Source of the DNA: Paraspadella gotoi
Lineage: Eukaryota > Animalia > Chaetognatha
Reading direction: 5' to 3'
DNA: 64,000 nt
Assembly (NCBI GenBank): GCA_051294375.1
Contig: CM119263.1
Location: 10,373,515-10,437,514 of the forward strand
Under the pieces are notes generated by a model that saw only the letters and a list, made by a program, of their open reading frames with translations, had not been told where the DNA came from and made no database searches. A program made the translations under genes and the position numbers. This document shows positions 57,981 to 64,000 of this stretch, one piece after another (position 1 is the stretch's first letter; the number at the start of each line of letters is the position of its first letter).

Positions 57981-58351
57981 CTCAGGCACCTTCGTAATTC
58001 GTAATTGTTCAATCGATTTTTGTTTTCCTCCATTGCAGATTTCGTTTGTGCCATTGGCTCTGGAGGCTTCCATTCTCATCGACGTTGAGTGCGGACCCTT
58101 TCGTGCGGAGGAAAAAAGAAAATAGTTCAACGTCTCGATTCAATTTTAATTCTTTGGTTTTTCCTTCTTTTGAAAGTGGGCACTATTTTACGAAAGGGCC
58201 TAATCCCTCTAACCATATTCCTAATAAATTCTAACCTTATTTCCTAACCTAATCTCTCACTCTGTTTCCTAATTTAAGTTTTAAAAATATCAACAAACTT
58301 AATTCTAAATAAGCTGAAATGGGGCGCTTTAATAAAAAAAAGCCGGGGGGA

Positions 58352-58525
58352 CATGTGTGATGCCTAGGGTGTGAGGCATCTCACGACAACTGGCGCTCAG
58401 GGCTTTGGACCCGCAGTGACCACCCCACGTCACTGGCGTGTTTATGCCGACACCATCACACTTTAACCAGCTTTACCGTGAGGGGATTGAACCCGAAACT
58501 CACGGTTGGCGAACGAGTACTTAGC
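58352..58525 (-). mobile_element. Candidate tRNA-derived SINE (5'-truncated or degenerate)
   Basis: Minus strand reads gctaagtactcgttcgccaaccgtgagtttcGGGTTCAATCCCctcacggt (Pol III B-box / T-arm like), followed by a GC-balanced body with two hairpins. No clear A-box or TSD, and only one copy in the window. Confidence 0.4.
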
Positions 58526-60544
58526 TGTCTCTTTTCTACACATCCCTCCTTTCTCTTCACATCCACAGTCCACACTCTCACTCTTTCTCTTTCTCCCTTT
58601 CACAAGCCTCGCGGTCTCACCGAGACAAGCCTTTGCACTTTGATGGAAATCCGGTCTCACTCTCTTCCACTCCGTCGCTCAATCGAAAGCCCCACTTTCC
58701 ACAGCCTCAGCACCGTTCACCACTAAACCCCCTTTCCACCCGCGTATCGGGTGAACGAAGGAACGGGGTGGTTTTTCTGTATTAAACATATATTTCTCAA
58801 ACGCTTCAAAAAGCTCTCCTGCCGTCATTCTTGTTTCACTCGTGCCATCTGTACCGAGTTTGTTTTTGTCTCTTTTTTTTTTCGCCGAAGCTATTATTTT
58901 TTTTTTCATATTACAAACCCAGAGTCCAACTTCGCCGACGCAATCAATGACGTCGGCGTCATTTTATGAAAAAGTCAATCATTTCTGTGTTTTGTTATTC
59001 TTTCATTGACGTCGTTTCTACGTTTTTAATCTCATTAATTCTGTTGTGTCGAGTTGCAGTTGTTTTTTTTTTCTTCTTCTCATAATCGGACGATTCTTCG
59101 TAAAAGTTGCTTGGATGTTTTTCACGTCTAAACCTAGAAATTATTTATAGATTAAGAGCACAATTGTGATTTTTTTTCCCTTTTTCTGTTTTATGATTCC
59201 GGTCCGTTTAGTGACATTAAATCTATATACAATGGTAACGCAAATACACGATTAGCTATTTATTTAGGTCGTTCTTACTTGAATTGATCATTTATCTAAT
59301 CTACTTTAACCCAAACCGAACTGGTCACAACTCCGGTTTTTATTCTAGAATCCAATCAACTTCTCCGATTTTCAATCACAATTTTTTTTTCTTTCTCCCC
59401 ATCCTCTTGCGACTCCTCCTCCTCCTACTCCTCTTCCTCTTCCTCCCATTTCTCCTCCTATCTCCCGCATCTTCCTCCCTCTTTATCGACTTCGACTTCG
59501 ACCCGATCGTGATTGAGGAAAACCGAACTTAACCCACCTCGCTCTGTCCTCTTCTCGACTCGTCCTCACCTCAAACCTGTAAGCTCTTGAACCTGACCTC
59601 AACTGAGCTGCTTAACTTTTAAATTAAACCTTAACTTTTCTCCTTTAAACTCTACTCCTTTTCGCTCGGATCCTCCACCAACGTTATTCTCCCCCAATTG
59701 CTCCTTTCGCTCGAAGGCGCCCCCAGGCCACGCCCTCTTCCTCGTCAATTCATCGTCTCTCGCCACGGGCGTCGACGGCGATGGCGACGGCGGCGTATCT
59801 TGCTCATAAAAACTGGAAAAAGATTTCGTCCTCGGGCAAACGTTTCATCCCATGACAAAGGCTAACCTTTTTAATATAAGACAACGAATTATATTTTGAA
59901 ATATATATAGTGAAATATATAGTGAAATTTATCAAATTTTTACATTAATTTTTAAATTTTAATATAAAATTTTAAAGTCTAATATAGTAAAACAAGTTAT
60001 CTTGCAATTTTTTTATAAAAGAGGTAGTGGTTCTTTCCTACGACTAAAACATTCCTTGATATATTAATTTATATAATTATTATTAATTAAACTTTAACCA
60101 TTCAATTGGATTAAGATACGGTCAAGCAATTCTGTAGTAGTTATAACGTAAATTAAAAAAAAAGCATATTACTAAATTAAGGTTAAACGACAGATTTGAG
60201 CTACCAACTTCATCTCAACTCAAGGCGTAAATATTAACCTCGGGCAGAGATTCCGTCCTGAGGCGTCAACCAATAACTTCCAATTTTCTTTTCATTTTCA
60301 AGAAAAAAAAAGAGAGGAAATAAAATGAAAATACGTAGAAAAAAGGAATTCAAAAAGATAGAAAAAAAAAGAAAATAATTAAAAAACAGTTGAAAATATA
60401 CAATGGTATATATGTATGTATATAGGGGAGTTGAAGATGGCAAACACGAATGCGATGAGAACAACGATAGAGAAAAAAAGCTAGTTTAAAGAAATAAGAA
60501 AGCTGCGACACTGAGATAGAGAGAGACGAGGATGAGAGAGAGAC

Positions 60545-60576
<32 letters not shown>

Positions 60577-61321
60577 AGATGAGACGAGAGAGAGAGAGAG
60601 GAGAGAGGAGAGAGAGAGAGAAGAGAGAGAAGAGAGGAGAGAGAGAAGAGGGAGAAGAGGAGGAGAAGAGAAAGAGAAGAGAGAGGAAAGAGAAAATCGG
60701 GTAGAAAAAACAAGCTCACAACGGGGAATCAAACGGAGAAGAATGGGAAGCTTAACATTACAACAGCTAAGAAACACAGAAACGAAAGACGGAGAAGGAG
60801 CACTAAGAGAGGGACGAGGACTGTGAGAGAGGAGATGGAGAGAGAGAGAGACGAGAGAGACGGAGTGAGAGGAGAGAGAGAGAGAGAGAGAAGAGAGAGA
60901 GAGAAGAAGGGAGGGAAGGGAAAAACAACAGTTAGTGCTATTACGCAGTCGCGTCGACGACTAGCCAGTATTAATTAAAAAGCTAAACGTGGGTAAGTCG
61001 AGTTTGTTGGGGCAATAGATGGAGCGGGACAAAGATTAAGTGGAGCAGGATAAAGATCAGCTGTAGTGGAAAGAGAGGAAGGAAAAGAAAGAGAATGATG
61101 CAATTTCGATATAATTATTATTATAATTTTGGAAGAGAAAGATAAGTAAAGTATTAAAAAGGAAACGGTAGTTGTCATGAGAAATATGTATTTTTATTTT
61201 TAATATCAGATATATTCACAATTAGCATTAAAAATAAACGGTTAAAATTTGGAAGAAAAAAAAAAGAAAAGTGACTCTGCGCTTGAAAGTCCTGTGATTA
61301 TACTGTTTAGAAATTTGAAAA

Positions 61322-61545
61322 TTTTTTTAGTCGAATCTGCTTGTCAGCAGATTCCGTTTCTATAATCCACTCTGTCGGTCCGTCGGTCCCGCCCCTAAAT
61401 CTTGTCGGTAAGTTACTGAGATCATCTCAAGTCAATATCATGCGTTGTGTTTTAAACTTTCTTTTCGTTGTGTATTGTAATTAATTGTAATTTACTCCCA
61501 GTAATTGTAAAGCGCAGATTTATCGTCGACATCATCCTTATTTAG
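61322..61545 (+). mobile_element. Candidate non-autonomous Helentron-type (HINE/DINE-1-like) element
   Basis: T-run, then a perfect 9-bp hairpin gaatctgct-tgtc-agcagattc (61333-61354), a short GTCG/GTCC microsatellite (61373-61389) and a possible 3' subterminal copy gcagatt (61514-61520) ahead of T-rich sequence. Confidence 0.35.
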
Positions 61546-62565
61546 TTTTTATAATAGAAAATAAAAAGAAATAAGATGAGAATAGAAGGAGATAAAGAGA
61601 ACAAGGGTCGGAGGACTGGTGGAAAGATGAGGCTATGAGAAATGGAATGATAGAAAAAAAAGAAAGAGAGTAATAAAACAGAAGGAGAGAAAATAGAAAG
61701 TCAATGTGAGTGAAAAGGACTAAGAAAATAAAGAAAATGACAAACAAAAGAAAGAAATTTAAAAATAGAAAAAAAAAACCAAAAGTAAAAAAAGAAAGAA
61801 AGAAAGAAAAAAAAGGGGAGAAAAAAAAGAAAGAGGGAAGGAAACGCGGCCGAGATAAATTGTGATTAGCATGAATAAACAAAGAGAGTGAAGCGCGTTG
61901 GAGAAGCAAAGGTTCCTTGCTCATCGACGACACCGCGACATTGTGGGCAAGGGGGGGGCGGGTAGGTGAGAGTGATCGAGAATCTTGATATTGTCAGGGG
62001 GGAGGTGGCAGGGTGCGTGAAGGCTCGTCGCCGAGCTGAGTTAATGGTGAATATTGAAGATGGGTGGCAAGAAAGAAGATGGGGAATGATCGAATGGTGA
62101 CTCTTAAGTCGGGATGAAAAAGACGACGTATCTGGTTTTGTAAAAGTCATGAAAGCAGAAAATCGCCGAATGGACAAAGATGAAAAGATGAAAAAGAAAA
62201 AAAAGTCGGATGGAAAAAAACTTAATTTTTTTTTTATTCAATCCGCGACTGAATCCATCGAGGTCTTCACATCCTATGACGAGCCCTTTCCTTATCTGAG
62301 CCTATCTCCTCTTTCCTCTTTAAAACAGTTTTCCTTCTTCAAAATTCTAACCCTATTCCTCCAGCCTTTTTTTCCTTATTTCAGCTCCTTTCTTTTCTCT
62401 TCCTCCGTTTCCTCCACCCTCTCTCTCTCCCATTTCTCGATTCCCACTTCCAAACCGTCGCCGCCCAGGTTTGAGTCGGGCTCGCCCGCCGAAAACAACC
62501 AGCTGAGATCGTCGCCCTTGATTTAGACGGGCGGGGGACGCAGCCGGTATTTTTTAGCTGGAGAG

Positions 62566-62666
<101 letters not shown>

Positions 62667-64000
62667 AGATGACTCTTTCTTTCTTTTTCCCTCCCTCTCT
62701 GTTTCCCTGCTCTCTTTTTCTCTTCTTCATTCTCTCAGTCTCTTAATCTCCTTTCTTCTCTGCCTTCAGTCTGCCCCTTTACAATTTTCATTAACTCTCT
62801 TCTTTTTTTTCTTCTTCCTCCTTTCCTCTTTTCTCCTCTTCATCGTACGGCCTCCCTCTTTCTAATTTCTTCGCCATCACTTATCGTCAAAGACGTTTCC
62901 GACTTTGAATGCGTCTTTCTTCTTTTTCTTTTTTCTTTTCTCTTCCTTTGTTGTCTTTTGTTTTTAATTTATCTGTTTCCGGCAGAGTAAATGGAGTCGC
63001 TCGATTAGCTAAGCTTTTTATTTTTCATTGTTTCCGCGATTCTTGACGGGAATCTCGATTTTTTTTTATCTTTATTCTTCAGCCATTTATTGACCGACTC
63101 AAGTAGAGTAACTAACTCTGTTTTATCCAGTTTTAAGATTTAAAAAGAGTTTCGACGTTTGTTTCGATGCTCTTTTGTTTTTATTCTTTTTATAATTTGC
63201 ATTTTTTATTGTTTTTTTTTCCTCTTCAATTTTTTACTCTTATGTCGCAATCGCTGGTTCCGACAAGAATGCAGTCTTTAATTTGTGTATGAATTAATTG
63301 TTTTTCGTCAACTGCGGTGGGCAAAAAAAAAAAAACATATAAAAAACAAACAAAAATGGCGTCGGCGCAGTTTCCATGGTGATTAACGCGAGGCTCCGCA
63401 GAAAATTCTGATTCTCGCGCCTCATATGGGACGGATATTCGACTTAATACCCGTGAAACTAGTTCGTGGTTGAGAGAGCGAGAGCGAGCGAGAAAGAGAA
63501 TGNNNNNNNNNNNNNNNNNNNNNNNNNNNNNNNNNNNNNNNNNNNNNNNNNNNNNNNNNNNNNNNNNNNNNNNNNNNNNNNNNNNNNNNNNNNNNNNNNN
63601 NNNNNNNNNNNNNNNNNNNNNNNNNNNNNNNNNNNNNNNNNNNNNNNNNNNNNNNNNNNNNNNNGAGAGAGAGAGAGAGAGAGAGAGAGAAGGAATGTAT
63701 TTTACCGCAAAGGATTAAATTCAGAAAATTTTTTCTGGATTTTGGAGAAAGATTTTTCAAATTTTAGTTCATGACAAACGTTGATAACTATTTAACTGTG
63801 TTTTATAGACAATCTTGTTTATTAGGTGATCTTAGTTTCCTTAAATTGCAACAGGCCGAGTTCTGTTGTGTCGTACCCTTAGATCGAATACATTATAAAC
63901 CAAGAGAAAATAAAAAGAGCAAAGGAAAGAATATAAGAAATATAAAAATAAAAGAGAAAAAATAGAAAGAAAGAAAATCAGAAAGTTACAAAGAAAAAAA

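Overview
Eukaryotic (probably invertebrate animal) nuclear DNA. It is AT-rich, dense in (AG/CT)n and (GAC/GTC)n microsatellites, and has 14 N-gaps. I recognise no protein-coding gene, RNA gene, CRISPR array or autonomous transposon; the ORF track is almost entirely microsatellite read-through. Duplications dominate the first half. (1) A near-identical direct duplication of period ~5.19 kb (1-3865 vs 5189-9036). (2) A ~7.4 kb-arm inverted duplication (13386-20757 vs ~23725-31272). Its spacer is a ~1.45 kb segment written twice across a 25-N gap, with a ~40 bp snippet copied in inverted orientation from 31868-31907 at one junction. (3) Seven noisy tandem copies of a ~71 nt unit (24321-24883) found in only one arm. 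The indel-rich error pattern suggests much of this is a short-read scaffold patched with noisy long reads, so these structures may be partly or wholly artefactual. The second half holds minisatellites, a few small non-autonomous element candidates (tRNA-derived SINE-like, HINE/DINE-like, CCCTAA-like tracts), an E2F/CHR motif cluster and weak exon candidates. I found no convincing new biological system. The best leads are the 71-nt array, the fold-back duplication and the E2F/CHR cluster.
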